This document shows, one piece after another, positions 50,706 through 63,077 of a stretch of DNA of 64,000 nt. The stretch lies in assembly GCA_964270895.1 (NCBI GenBank), contig OZ185436.1; one strand, given 5' to 3'. The position numbers and the translations under genes are program-made. This stretch comes from Podarcis filfolensis (taxonomy: Eukaryota). Each line of letters opens with the position of its first letter. The first letter of the stretch is position 1. The notes beneath the pieces were generated by a model, which was given only the letters and a program-made list of their open reading frames with translations, did not search any database and was not told the DNA's origin.

Positions 50706-52648
50706 TGAAGAAAGACTGTGGGCCAGTAACCTAGGAAATGTATGCCAAAGCAGAAAGGAAAATGAGTGCAGTTTGTTCTGCTTCCAGGCTGCCATTCTTA
50801 ACTCCTTGGCAAAGGTGCCTTTCTCTTTTTTTAAAGAAGAGTGTGTGCCTGCAATTGCAACCTGCAGCGTGTTATCTGGCAAATTCCAGACCTGACATAT
50901 AAAATAAGGAAGCTTTCTAGAGCCTTATGGTAATTGTTTATAAAAACAGGCCTGCCGCTTCTCTTAAGAGAGTCAGAACAGGATGGCGATTCCTGTGGGA
51001 CAGATTATCAGCACCCCGCAAAGCTACTTGATCATTGTCCTCAGCTGCTACCCTCACAGAAACTGCAACATTCATATACTTCCCAAATTCTCCTCCTTTA
51101 CTCACCCCCCCCAGCAATTCATTAGGCAGGTACCCTCACCACCATGTTTTAGATGCCTGCTGATTTTTTCATTGCGGCAAGCCTACCCAGACATATCATT
51201 TATCTATGTATTTTTTGCTTCAAACAGTTTTTCTGATTCCATATTCCACAAGAATCTATATTCTGATTCTATATGCGTTTTACTGATAATATTGTGTGTA
51301 CAACCTCAGAAGTTTTATAATTAAGCAGCCTAAACATTTTTCTCAATAGAAATAAATCCCAAGGGTTGTCCTCAACGTAGCGCTAAGCAAAACGTTCTGT
51401 CCAGAAGAAGAATTTGGAACATTCTCCACCTCTTCTTCCTCTGCGCACCCCCTAAATCTGATCTGGGGGTTCCCCCTAACCCTTTGTAGCAGGTTTGGTG
51501 ATGGCTGGTCTCCAAGAAGGTGATGGCGCTGGGGGGGGGAGCAGAGTGGGGAGAAGGTAGAAATCCCATTGTGCTACAGCTAATCCATGCACTAGCACAA
51601 CTATTTAGTTGAATATCATCCCACATTTTGAATTCACAGATTTTAAAAAAAAAAACCCCAAAATTATCCCCCACCCTGTGAGACTGAGATAATTACATTT
51701 TTTTGCTGGGATTTCTAGACACCAAGAGCATAGGTAGCCTATTTCCACTCAGGCCAACCGGTGATTAATCTTTAACTCCTGCCTCCACAACAAGGCAAGG
51801 TAGAGGGAATTATAAACCTAATAAAAGGAGTCTCCCTACCTAGATCCTTTGCCTAGGATCATAGAAGCAGAAGTCACATTGAAAGGGAAGTGATGCACTT
51901 GGAGATAAGATTAGAGTCCATATACAACTGGGTAAGGAGCCAAAACAAATACTCTGGAAAGGCTCTTTAGGAAAGTTCAGGTAAGGTCTTTTTGCAAGGT
52001 CTTTTTGCTTCCTTTTAGGCCACAGAAGCAATACAGCCTGCTGGAAAGGAAGAGACTTGGTAGGATGTGACTGGATGGGGGTTTAAATTGCCAATGTGAG
52101 TGGAAATTATAGAGTAGAGCTAGAGAGGGAGGAATAGCAAAAAGGCCCTAGCTTGACATGAACTTTTATTAGTAAAAATATAGCATTTTTTTTATTACAG
52201 AAGCCTTTTCTCCCTGTGTGTGTTGGAAACTTGGTTTCCCCTTTCAACCTCTCTGCTTTTCTTTGGGACCAAGAAACAATCTGAAGAAGGAATGTCAGCC
52301 CTGGCATTTTCTTTCCTAATAAACTCAACAACTTTCCACACTAGAGCTTTTCCTGCTATACTGTCTCTAAGCCTTCCTTACCCTAGAGAAGAGCCCTATG
52401 CGCTTAGGAGCTTGCCCTCTATTTGCCAATTGTTCCAATAAAAACAGTATTGTTTTTTATTTACTTTCGCAATTTTTTGGCCTGACTCATTTGCCAAAAA
52501 CCCCACAGGCAGCAGCTTTTTGAGTCCATGTCAGGATTTTGAGAGGTCAGAACAGAAGGGAAGATGCCCACCTTGGATAGCAAGTTAAAGATCAAAATGT
52601 CCTTTCACAAGAAACACAGAGTTGATGTAAATAGTCCATGCTCCTTAC

Positions 52649-52704
52649 CAGTGTGTTCTGTGAAGGATGCAGAAGCCATTCCTGCTGGGTTTGGACAGCA
52701 GCAT
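52649..52704 (-). CDS. SUOX: SUOX first coding exon: MLLSKPSRNGFCILHRTH(W); whole exon 52649-52715
   Basis: Acceptor ttttcctgttgcatgtag|GTATTGGGAAG ATG, donor CTG|gtaagg in phase 2; basic presequence-like peptide; spliced CDS of 1659 nt (552 aa). Confidence 0.85.
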
Positions 52705-53024
52705 CTTCCCAATACCTACATGCAACAGGAAAAGTCAGACAGGATTTGCACCAGACAACACAAGTTCTAGAGCTGCCCATCGGCTGGAAATTCAGTTGTC
52801 ACAGGGACAGTCTGGCTTCAGTTGTCTATGCTCTGATACTTCAAGTTAGACTATTGCAAGGTATTGCGCCGCCTTTGAAGATGCACAGCTAGTGCAGAAT
52901 GCTGTGGTTGGATTATTAACTGAGATAAGAAAGTGTAAGCTCGCTTTCAACATTTTCAACATTATTGAACCAACCAGAGTCTTTACTTCACTTCCACTGC
53001 ACTGTATTTACCTCTCTCTTAATA

Positions 53025-53372
53025 AAGGTAAAGGGACCCCTGACCATAAGGTCCAGTCGTGACCGACTCTGGGGTTGCGGCGCTCACCTCGCTTTATTGG
53101 CCGAGGGAGCCGGCATACAGCTTCCGGGTCATGTGGCCAGCATGATTAAGCCGCTTCTGGCGAACCAGAGCAGCGCATGGAAACGCCGTTTACCTTCCCG
53201 CCGGAGCGGTACCTATCTATCTACTTGCACTGGTGTGCTTTCAAACTGCCAGGTTGGCAGGAGCAGGGACCGAGCAATGGGAGCTCACCCCGTCGCGGGG
53301 ATTCGAACCGTCAACCTTCTGATCGGCAAGTCCTAGGCTCTGTGGTTTAACCCACAGCGCCACCCGCGTCCC
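53025..53372 (-). mobile_element. Sauria SINE, full length
   Basis: 12-bp TSD TCTCTCTTAATA. Confidence 0.92.
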
Positions 53373-54165
53373 TCTCTCTTAATAGATTCTTATTAATTAA
53401 GAGGTACGTGCAGCCCAACCCATGTTTACTCAGAAGTGAGTGCCATCAAGCCCGAAGGAATTTACTTCTATGAAAATATGTATATAATTACAGTGTTCTG
53501 CATTATTTCAGCTTTGCTCTACATGTTCCTAGTTTCCTTTATGCTAATCATCAATAGGCTTCCTACTTGCAATATTGAAGACCCGTTTCGCTCCTTATAT
53601 TTGCGGTTCTAAAACGTACAGGTTGTGTTGTAGCCATTTAATTCCACATCAGCCAAGAGAGGCAGGAAAACACCCCTAAGGTAGCAAAATGGGTTCTTGG
53701 AGACCAGCTAAAAATGCTGACCTTAATTTAAAGTTTTAATAAAATGCATACGGAATACATGGTATGATCAGTTATTATTTACTTACTCGGCTGGATGAAA
53801 ACAAAATCTAATTATTAGCAAGGAAACGAGAGAATGCAACTTGAGGCTCATTCTGAATTTGCCCGCTTGTCCTGGCGAGACCTGGTTAGCATACTTTATT
53901 TTATTTTACTCTTGTATTGGTTCTGGCTGTGTCCTAACAGCCTGAAGTTAACACAGGTTAATGTTTTCCCATCGTTTTATCGCCACTTGCTGCATGTCAG
54001 GCTGCTGTAAAAAGCAGTCTATTAAAAGGGAAGTCAGCAAGCTGATAGTGGGACCAACACCTTCCCCTGCAATAAATATTCTTAGGAGATAACCTTTCCT
54101 AGAAAATGAATTTAAAAAAAAACTAGGTGAAAAGTGATCAGACTACTATTTTTTATATGTGCACC

Positions 54166-54515
54166 CAGAGCCGGATTTAGGTTTGATGAGGCCCTAAGCT
54201 ACTGAAGGTAATGGGGCCCTTTATATGTCCAGCTGTCCTTTGTCAACAACAAATTGTCGCTGTTTTTTGTGTTGAATATATGCTATATGGTAATTTATGG
54301 ACCTAATAGGTATCTAAAGCCATTTGCACATAACAAATAGGAGCCCATACAACACAAGATACTGTTGCTGTATGTAGGTTTTATTTTATTTGTTTTTTAT
54401 CTTATATTTTGGAAATGTACATCCAGGTTTTTTTCCCTTTATATTTTTTGGGGGCCCCCAAGAGAGCGGGGCCCTGAGCTATAGCTTGTTTAGCTTATAC
54501 ATAAATCCGACACTG
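54166..54515. mobile_element. hAT-like MITE
   Basis: TIR-like CAGAGCCGGATTTA ... TAAATCCGACACTG; shares about 115 bp with 6534-6650 in reverse; no clean 8-bp TSD. Confidence 0.65.
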
Positions 54516-54550
54516 CACCATATCCAAGCTGTGCAATACAGAAGTAGATA

Positions 54551-54889
54551 AAGGTAAAGAGACCCCTGACCGTTAGGTCCAGTCATGACCAACTCTGGGG
54601 TTGCGGCACTCATCTCGCTTTATTGGCCGAGGGAACAGGCGTACAGCTTCCGGGTCATGTGGCCAGCATGACTAAGCCGCTTCTGGCGAACCAGAGCAGC
54701 GCACGGAAACACCATTTACCTTCCCGCCGGAGCGGTACCTATTTATCTACTTGCACTTTGATGTGCTTTTGAACTGCTAGGTTGGCAGGAGCAGGGACTG
54801 AACACCCCGTTGCAGGGATTCGAACCGCCAACCTTCTGATCGGCAAGTCCTAGGCTCTGTGGTTTAACCCACAGTGCCACCCGCGTCCC
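54551..54889 (-). mobile_element. Sauria SINE, near full length
   Basis: Reverse consensus; approximate TSD ACAG(AG)AAGTAGATA. Confidence 0.9.
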
Positions 54890-55599
54890 ACAGAGAAGTA
54901 GATAGATGGATATAATAACACCGCAGGCTTTTGAGAACAATCCCTGCATACAAAGGTCTCCTAGGAAGTCCACGAAAAGCTGCTACAGCACCCAGAAGTC
55001 GCCAGAGGTTCACTCAGATTTAGGAAACAAGGGGTCTCTCTGTACAAAATGCTGAAGGATAAACGCTTCTGAGAGGCTGGAGAAAAAAGGCCCAGGGCCA
55101 GCAAGACACATCCACAGAAAAAGAGCAGTGACAGACGTCTGACTCTAAGGAACCATCACGGCTACCTTCCAGATCCTTTTTTAAAAATGGAATATTATTG
55201 TGTAGAGGAACATTTTGTTTAAACTGGCAACCCTATTAATAACGCTGATAATGCACATATATTTGGTCTTTTGCCAGTCTGCTGAAGTGCGTTGCGCTCA
55301 GGGGTGCCAACCTGAATATAATTTTTTTTGGGGGGGGACAACGGGGGGGGGGTTAAAAGGCAAGTAAGCCCCTCCCTGCATAATCGATCACATGACATGG
55401 CACATTTGAATGGGAGTTCCCCATAACTTGGGGGGTGTCCCCTTCAAATATGTTATAGGGGTGGAGGGGAAGGGACCTCCTGGGAGTTGACTCTACTTTT
55501 CCACGCACATCCTCGTAAAAAAGAGCAGCCCCCATAAGAGGCAGGGGACGCGTCAGCACAACCCCCCCCCAAAAAAACAGATGCCACTCAAAGCCAGGC

Positions 55600-56130
55600 T
55601 CTTCCCTCCCCCCGCCTTTCGCCCCACTTCACCCCCCAGGGCATCCTTGCCCATGTGGATTCCTTTTCCTCCCACCTTCAAGTCAGGCCGGTCCTCCCGG
55701 GAAAGGTCCGTCTCCGTGACGCAGCGGCGGCCGAGCGTTGTTCTCCTTTAAGAGGAGGAGGTGGGTTCGATGCGGGGGGGGGGGGCGGCAGCGACGACAG
55801 AAAACGAAAGTCCTCGCCCACCGAAGCAGGAGAGATTTAAAGGGCCCGCGGCCCAAAAAGAGCTGCCGCGGCTACCTGAGTTGCGCGCAGCAGGCGAGAG
55901 ATCCAGCTGGCCGACGTTGCCCGCCTGGAAGATGCTCCCGTGAGCCGCGTGGAGTTTTCTGTTGCGCAGGTGCTGCGCCCTCTTGGCTCCGCCCTCGCGG
56001 CTCGGCGAGCGGAGGAAGAGGCCGCCCTCCCGCCCAAAATGAAGCCCAAGGCCGGGCCGGGCAAGCAGGCGCCGGCGGGGAGAAACAGTATTCTTCCATC
56101 CCCGATTCTCAGTGTCTCTGGCTGGCGTCC
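55600..56130 (-). promoter_or_regulatory. SUOX: CpG island, probable SUOX promoter and non-coding first exon
   Basis: CpG-rich block about 3 kb upstream of the first coding exon; GC boxes, E2F-like TTTTGGGCGGGA (minus), candidate donors CAG|gtagcc (55876) and AAG|gtggga (about 55677). Confidence 0.7.
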
Positions 56131-56149
56131 CAGGTTCTTTAAAATAAAT

Positions 56150-56720
56150 AAAAATAAAATAAAAACATCTTTATTGAAAGTTCAAAAAGTACACAATTCT
56201 ATGTGCACTAAACATTGTGAGACGTAAATAAAAGAGAGGAATAAAAAGAGAAAGAGAACCCGTGTAGAAGGAAAAATAATGGGGCTTCCCCGAAACATCT
56301 ATACTGTACAAGATTGTTATTGTACTTCACCAGATCTTACAGTATTTGTAAGAATGGATTCCAAATTTGTCCATGGCAAGTCTGTGTTTATATGCAAGTT
56401 GTTCATACGTTGTGAGTCTTCAAACTTAGAAGGGAGCCGCCTTTTTATTTTTCCAGTTCCTCAGGATTTGTCTTTTTGCTGTGGTAAGGGCACGAGATCC
56501 CACTCATCTTGTCCTTTTGTAAGGTTGCAGGTGCTGGGTATATAATTCAATAGGATATTTTGCTCTGTAAATGTGAGGTTGTTCCGTATGGTTCTGCTGA
56601 TGGTTTCAGCTACCCTCTATCAAAAATCTTTCAATATAGGACAATGAAAAAACATATGTTTTAGAGAAGCATTATCCCTATTGCATCTCCAACAGGCTGA
56701 CCCCAAATTCTGGCCTGAAG
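56150..56720 (-). mobile_element. L1/Tx1 LINE 3' end (ORF2 cysteine-rich domain)
   Basis: Minus strand reads WRCNRDNASLKHMFFHCPILKDF, the L1 ORF2 C-terminal CCHC motif, then an AATAAA-containing tail. Confidence 0.75.
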
Positions 56721-56741
56721 AGAAAGGACTGGAGTAGAATG

Positions 56742-56912
56742 CTTATTTATTTATTGTACTTAAATGCTGCCTTTCTCTTCAAAGGCTGTCAAGGCGGCGT
56801 TGTCTACGTACTTCTCCTCCTACCCATTTCACCCTCACAACAACCCTGTGAGGTAGATTCGGCTAAGAGGCTGACCCAAGGTGAGCTTCGTGGCCGAGCG
56901 GGGATTCGAACG
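56742..56912 (-). mobile_element. CORE/MIR-like SINE fragment
   Basis: ccctcacaacaaccctgtgaggtag core and ggattcgaac B-box in reverse. Confidence 0.65.
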
Positions 56913-56919
56913 CTTGCCC

Positions 56920-57321
56920 GTTTCCGAGTACGTTTCCAAGCACAATTCAAAGTGTTGGTGCTGACCTTTAAAGCCCTAAACGGCCTCGGTCCAGTATACC
57001 TGAAGGAGCGTCTCCACCTCCATTGTTCTGCCTGGACACTGAGGTCGAGCGCCAAGGGCCTCCTGGCGGTTCCCTCGCTGCGAGAAGCCAAGTTACAGGG
57101 AACCAGGCAGAGGGCCTTCTCGGTAGTGGCGCCCGCCCTGTGGAACGCCCTCCCACCAGATGTCAAAGAGAAAAATAACTACCAAACTTTTAGAAGACAT
57201 CTGAAGGCAGCCCTGTTTAGGGAAGCTTTTAATGTTTAATAGGTTATTGTATTTTAGTGTTCTGTTGGAAGCCACCCAGAGTGGCTGGGGAAACCCAGCC
57301 AGATGGGCGGGGTATAAATAA

Positions 57322-57366
<45 letters not shown>
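56920..57366 (+). mobile_element. L2 LINE 3' end with (TTA)n tail
   Basis: RFQAQFKVLVLTFKALNGLGP...FRRHLKAALFREAF peptide, 3' motif and about 14 ATT units. Confidence 0.9.
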
Positions 57367-57369
<3 letters not shown>

Positions 57370-57446
57370 CTCCAAGGTCCCCGTCCCAACACGCTTAACC
57401 GTTATGCTGCGCTGGCTCTTTCCTCTGTCTACTTTCTCCCCACACC

Positions 57447-58420
57447 CGTGTCGTTGGCATGTCTAGAGAGACAATGGAGTGTGCCTCTGGGGGTGAAGTT
57501 GAGCCAATGTGTTAGCAGCAACCGAGGTGACCTCCCTGGTCAGTGTGTATGGAGGTCCTGGGCTGCCCAGACGACAAGACCCCCACTCTCGGCTTCGCCG
57601 ATGTGGTCCAAAGGAAAGCAGAGTGATACATTTGGTACCAGCTTGGCTGCAGGAGTTGCTGGAAGGAGGAATACAAGGTGCCATCCAACCGTCTTAGGAA
57701 CTCCACTCTGGATTTGTGCAGGGTTTACTTCGGCTTTATCTTCTTCAAAAGATGCCCCGCAAGGCAGCGAAGGTATAGAATCAGAGTTCTGCCCCTCACT
57801 TCCCTCTACAGCACATACTGAAACCTTCTTCTTGACCACTATTGGTCTTGTCTGCTCAATCCACCAGAGCCTGTCTTCTCATGCAGGGCAAGTCCCTAAC
57901 TCACCAAGGGCTTATAAGACCCGTCAGCTGCCCTCACTTGGTTTAGCCGGCCAGTCGAAGCCATTCCTTGGGTGTGGCTGCTGTCACCTCCTGACAGCTT
58001 CTAGGTGGAATAAAATTGATCCCCTCCTCCTCTTCCTTTTTCCTTCTGTGATGGAATTCCTATTTGGGGACTTCCCTGGCTTTTTTCCGGCCCACGTAGG
58101 ACCAGTCTGGATAGTTGGCCTTGGTGAAGACTTGACGTTTTCATCCCCCCAAAAAGTTTTTGATTTGCGTTCCTACTGAAATGAGGCTGTATTTTAATCT
58201 TGTTTTTAAGTTGTATTTCAGTCAATTGTTTTTATACCGGTGTTAGCCGCTCTGAGCCCAGTCTTGGTTGGGGAGGGCGGGTATAAATAAAATTTAGTAA
58301 TAATAATAGGAGCCACAGGTGAGGGCTGAGTGTAGGGTGGATAAGGGAGGACCAAAGGTGGATAAACTACCTCAGAAGGAGCACAGCATGACCCCCACCA
58401 GAGGTACTACCCACCCCCAA
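57447..58420 (-). mobile_element. Putative non-autonomous RTE-derived element (5' UTR joined to 3' end), interrupted by an L2 3' end at about 58003-58310
   Basis: Minus 3' end gcacactccattgtctctctagacatgccaac resembles RTE termini; 5' part resembles recalled squamate RTE 5' UTR; the insert matches the L2 3' UTR at 33230-33440. Confidence 0.5.
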
Positions 58421-58431
58421 CAACCCATGTA

Positions 58432-58786
58432 AAGGTAAAGTAAAGGGACCCCTGACCATTAGGTCCAGTCATGGCCGACTCTGGGGTTGCGGTGCTCATC
58501 TCGCTTTATTGGCCAAGGGAGCCGGCGTACAGCTTCCGGGTCATGTGGCCAGCATGACTAAGCCGCTTCTGGCGAACCAGAGCAGCGCATGGAAACACCG
58601 TTTACCTTCCCGCCGGAGCGGTACCTATTTATCTACTTGCACTCTGAGGTGCTTTCGAACTGCTAGGTTGGCAGGAGCAGGGACCGAGCAATGGGAGCTC
58701 ACCCCATTGCGGGGATTCGAACCGCTGACCTTCTGATCGGCAAGCCCTAGACTCTGTGGTTTAACCCACAGTGCCACCCACATCCC
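58432..58786 (-). mobile_element. Sauria SINE, full length
   Basis: TSD AACAACCCATGTA. Confidence 0.92.
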
Positions 58787-59242
58787 ACAACAACCCATGT
58801 ACTGCATAATAAACATATGCACCTCTGTCATGTTTCCTCCTTAGTTGTTTCCCCCCAACTATGAACATTTCTAAAAATCCCAAATGTCATAACCTTTAGT
58901 CATAGGGAAGTTGTGCCATCTCTGTTGTGCCATCTAGTTTGCCCTTTCTAAACCCTTTCCTGCTCTGCAATGTCTTTTTTTTATTTTTAGGTGAGGTGAC
59001 CAGAACAGCACACAGTATCCCAAGTGTGATTGCACCATAGATTTGTATAACAGCATTGTGCCAGGTATGAGGAAGTTGTGACCCGGCAGATGGAGGACTC
59101 TCAACTCCCAATCAATGGTAAGGGATGATGGGAGTTGATGTTCAGCAACTGGAGAGCCCCAGCTTCCCCAACCCTGTTAATTTTGGTAATTTTAGCTTTA
59201 ATAATGTTTTCCTTCAGTTTTCCCAGATCAGATATTAACCTA

Positions 59243-59595
59243 GGTAAAGGTAAAGGGACCCCTGACCATTAGGTCCAGTCGTGGCCAACTCTGGGATTGC
59301 GGCGCTCATCTCGCTTGATTGGTCAAGGGAGCTGGCATACAGCTTCCGGGTCATGTGGCCAGCATGACTAAGCCGCTTCTGGCGAACCAGAGCAGCGACA
59401 GAAAGGCCTTTTACCTTCCCACCAGGGCGGTCCCTATTTATCTACTTGCACTTTGACATGCTTTCGAACTGCTAGGTTGGCAGGAGCAGGGACCGAGCAA
59501 TGGGAGCTCACCCCATCGCGGGGATTCGAACTGCCGACCTTCTGATCGGCAAATCCTAGGCTCTATGGTTTAACCCACAGCGCCACCCGCGTCCC
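59243..59595 (-). mobile_element. Sauria SINE inserted in the CR1 relic
   Basis: 12-bp TSD GATATTAACCTA. Confidence 0.92.
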
Positions 59596-61098
59596 GATAT
59601 TAACCTAAGTAGCCTGTAATTTCCCATATCTCATCTTGCTCCAATTTTAAAACTGACCACTTTCTAGTCCTTGATGCGGAGGCTGATCTTAGGGACAAGC
59701 TGAATATATTTGTTATAAGATCAACAATGTTCTTTAAGAATATTTGGGTGGATGCCTTCCGGAACGGACAAATCTGTCAGTTTTAAAATTGTCAGTAGGT
59801 GTTAGAATTTTGTTGCATAAGTTCCTCATTCTTTCCTGAGGAACTAATTTAGTTACAGGGATCGGCCCCACTGTGAAGATATATGCAATTAATTAATTAA
59901 GCGTTGCCAGTTTCCAAGTTGTCATTATAAATGCTAACTTGGTATCTTATCACCATTAGTTGCGTCAGTTCCTCAGACTTTGTTTTTCCTGAGGACGCTA
60001 CTTTACATACAGGAACCTGCGCTAAACCTCCCTCTGAGGAGACATATGCAAAGTTCTGCAATATTCATTTCCTCCTTTAGCATCCTTCTGACTTCCTTGT
60101 CTTTGAAAGGTCCAGCCACCTCCCTGGCTGCTCATCTGCCTCTAATGCAATTATTTTGTTGTTGTTCTTCAGCTAAATACTTACCGGTACTTACATATTC
60201 CGCATCCCTTATAGTCTTCTTACATTTCTTTTGCCAATATTTCTTCCTTTTGGTCTCTTCCTGCCTTTAATAGCTTTATTAACTCTGCTCATCACGCAGG
60301 GATCCTCTTAGGCCTGGTGGTACTTTTTCTGATTTGCAGTATATATTCTAGCTAAACTTCTATTATTATGGTTTTGAACAACCCCCAAGCATTCTGGAGA
60401 GATTTGACCCTCTTGACTTTCCACTTCAACTTCTTTTCTACCTCATTTTTGGCAAAAATTTTATTTGGCAGTCAAATGTGACTGGGTGGGACTTTGTTGG
60501 CATTTGTCCACCTACATCTACGTTGGATTTAATAGTACTATGGTCGCTGTTTCCAATTCAGTAAAACTTATATCTGTTACCAGGTCCTGGGTTTAGGATT
60601 AAGTCATCTCCCCTCTTGTTGGTTATGTGACCAGCTGTTCTAGGACACAGTCATTTAGGGCATCTAGAAATTTTGCCTTTTTGTCATGACTGGAATATGC
60701 ATATGCTTTGTCTATGCGAAGCAGTGTTAGAAACTGAAATATGAAAGCTAGGAGCTAAATGGCACCTTAAACCTAGGTTGTGGGCATAACAACAAAATGT
60801 CTACGAGCTTTTTTTTTTTAATAACAATAATACAAAGCTGAAAATAAATGAACTGCAGCTAAAATCTTACCTTCATTTTTCACATGGTCCAGTCCTTCCC
60901 TTGCCCATCCCCTTAATATACTTAAGAGGGTCTCTTCTCCAGTCTTCAGAGAGTAGCTGGAAGTGGAGAGGCAGAAAAAGGCCCTCCTTTCCTACCACTC
61001 TGCAGTTTTAATCTGAAATCTCAGGTGCGGTACTGTGCCCAGAGCTCAAAAATCAGCTTGCACTAATGAAATCCCCTGTCGCAAAATGCACCTGGAAC

Positions 61099-61361
61099 TG
61101 TTATGTACTGAATTTCTCACCCTTGGCCAGCAGGGGGATACTGTGGATAGCTTTCACTCAGGTCCACATATGCAAATAAGGGATTGAAAGTGACATTCAG
61201 TGATTGGATAGTTACAGAAAGTGTTACAGTTGCGTTGTACTGGAGCTCTATATAAGCAGGCTGGCTAAACCCTTCAGTTCTGTTCTGTTCTGTTCTGTGA
61301 GTAAACAAGAGCTGTTTGAAGAATCGCTGTGTCGTCTGATATGTTCACCCACAACTTAACA
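61099..61361 (+). mobile_element. Solo LTR (263 bp)
   Basis: TG...CA termini, 5-bp TSD GGAAC, ATGCAAAT octamer, TATATAA box, AGTAAA polyA-like signal. Confidence 0.8.
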
Positions 61362-61844
61362 GGAACAATGGGAGTTTCAAACACTGATGTGAAGGTAGTG
61401 AGGGCAAAAAGTTGGTCACCAGTTAATATTGCACTTTTGGATCCCTCCTTCATTTCCTTCTCTATCTTAGAATCACTCTGGGCATTTTGGTTTGGGGGAC
61501 GATAATATATCCCTGCTACTACATTACCCTTCAGGTCTGGTATCACCACCTAGAGCAATTCTGCAGAGGAGTCCACTATTTGGGGGATCTGTAGCTTGTT
61601 GGACTCCCATGTTCTTGTTGATATGCAGATTGATATTACCTCCAATACACCCTTCCCGGTCCTCCATATAAAATTTATATCCAGAGATAATCATAAGCCT
61701 GCCTTTCATCCAAACGACCTCATTGCCATTATTGTCTATGTTATGTGTGCATTGCAGGAGCTTTATTAAAATAAAAAAAGTTGTGTGTTTTTAATGTTTT
61801 AAAATGGGATGGATATGGGTTTTAAAATGCCACTGTAGCCGACC

Positions 61845-62237
61845 AAAAGTCCAGAGGTAACATTATTATCAATTTACGATGGGGTGGAAGGTTTGCAGGC
61901 TATGAAGGACTTGCTCACAAATTTATTGACAGCTGCACAAATTAATATAGCTAGGAAGTGGAAGGGGCAAGCAGAATATAAAATGGAAGAATGGTGTAAA
62001 GAGGTGTGGGATATAGCTATTAACATGTGCCATTAAGGTAAGACGGGGAATATGCAGGAGAAATGATTTTGAGGAGATATGGAAGGTGTTTGTAGAATTT
62101 GTACTGTTAAAATGGAAAAGGGGTCAAACCATCACAGTTTTGGGAGGTTGGGTCTCTGTGGTGGGGTGCACATTTTTATTTGTATTTATTTATGATTATT
62201 ACTTTGTCAAAAATAAAATTATAAAATAAAAATTAAA
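61845..62237 (+). mobile_element. L1 LINE 3' end
   Basis: LLTNLLTAAQINIARKWK...EEWCKEVWDIA peptide typical of the L1 ORF2 C-terminus, followed by an A-rich tail. Confidence 0.7.
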
Positions 62238-62276
62238 ATGCCATTGCAGTGTGTGGTGGTGGGTGTTCCTCTAAAG

Positions 62277-62415
62277 CAGGCATGGGCAACTTGTGGCCTT
62301 CCAGAGATTGCTGAACTACACTTCCCATCATCCCCTAGGAAGCACGGCCAATGGCCAGGGATGATCAGAGTTGTAGTTCAGCAACATCTGGAGGACCAAA
62401 GGTTCCCTACATCAG
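62277..62415. mobile_element. Short hAT MITE
   Basis: CAGGCATGGGCAAC start, aactacacttcccatcatccc body, 8-bp TSD CT(C/T)TAAAG. Confidence 0.7.
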
Positions 62416-63077
62416 CTTTAAAGCATAGCAGCATAGGAAGCTGCCTTATACGGAGCCAGACCATTGATCCATATAACACAGTACTGTCTGCACTGGCTGG
62501 CAACAGCTCTCCAAAATTTCTGGCAGGAGTCCCAGCGCTTCCCTGGAGCTGCCAGGGCTTGAACCTGGACCTTCTGAGCTACATCCCTTCAGCAGCAGTG
62601 CTTCTGATTTTGAAAACAACAGTCACACGTCTTGTATGCTTTTGAGTCTTATGAGGTTCCATAGCACTTATTCCTAGGTAAATGTAATAGAATTGCAGCC
62701 TTAAATACGTGTTGTGAGTTGGAAAACAGATGTTTCTGGAGGTTATGAGATACGGCAGCTTTCCTTGACATACGCCCTTCATCAACTAAGTGCAGAAAAG
62801 CACACATGGGCAGCTTGTTATGGCAAGATAAGAATGTAAATTCACCAGCAAGGACAGGAGGAAATCTCCAGCCCTATCCTATGGGAACAAGCCCCAATAT
62901 ACTGTACTCTATTAGCTTTGAGCAACTGAGTGGCAACTAAAAGGAGCGGAACTGCCCTTAGTAACCTGTTTCCATACAGCAGAAGGGAGCACTGTACTGC
63001 AGCACAAAAGGAGCCCAGGAAGCTAGCTTATTCCACGTCAGGCCATTAGTGAATATATCCCATTATTGGCTGCAGTG

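Larger units (their letters stand above)
58880..61740 (-). mobile_element. Fragmented CR1 LINE relic (endonuclease to 3' region) interrupted by younger insertions
   Basis: Minus-strand peptides GIYYRPPNQ, AKFLDALNDCVLEQLV.PTRG and CR1 3' sequence near 58.9 kb. Confidence 0.7.

Noticed and set aside
55655-56227. Several short ORFs in the SUOX CpG island
   Set aside because: GC-rich chance ORFs without homology or splice support.
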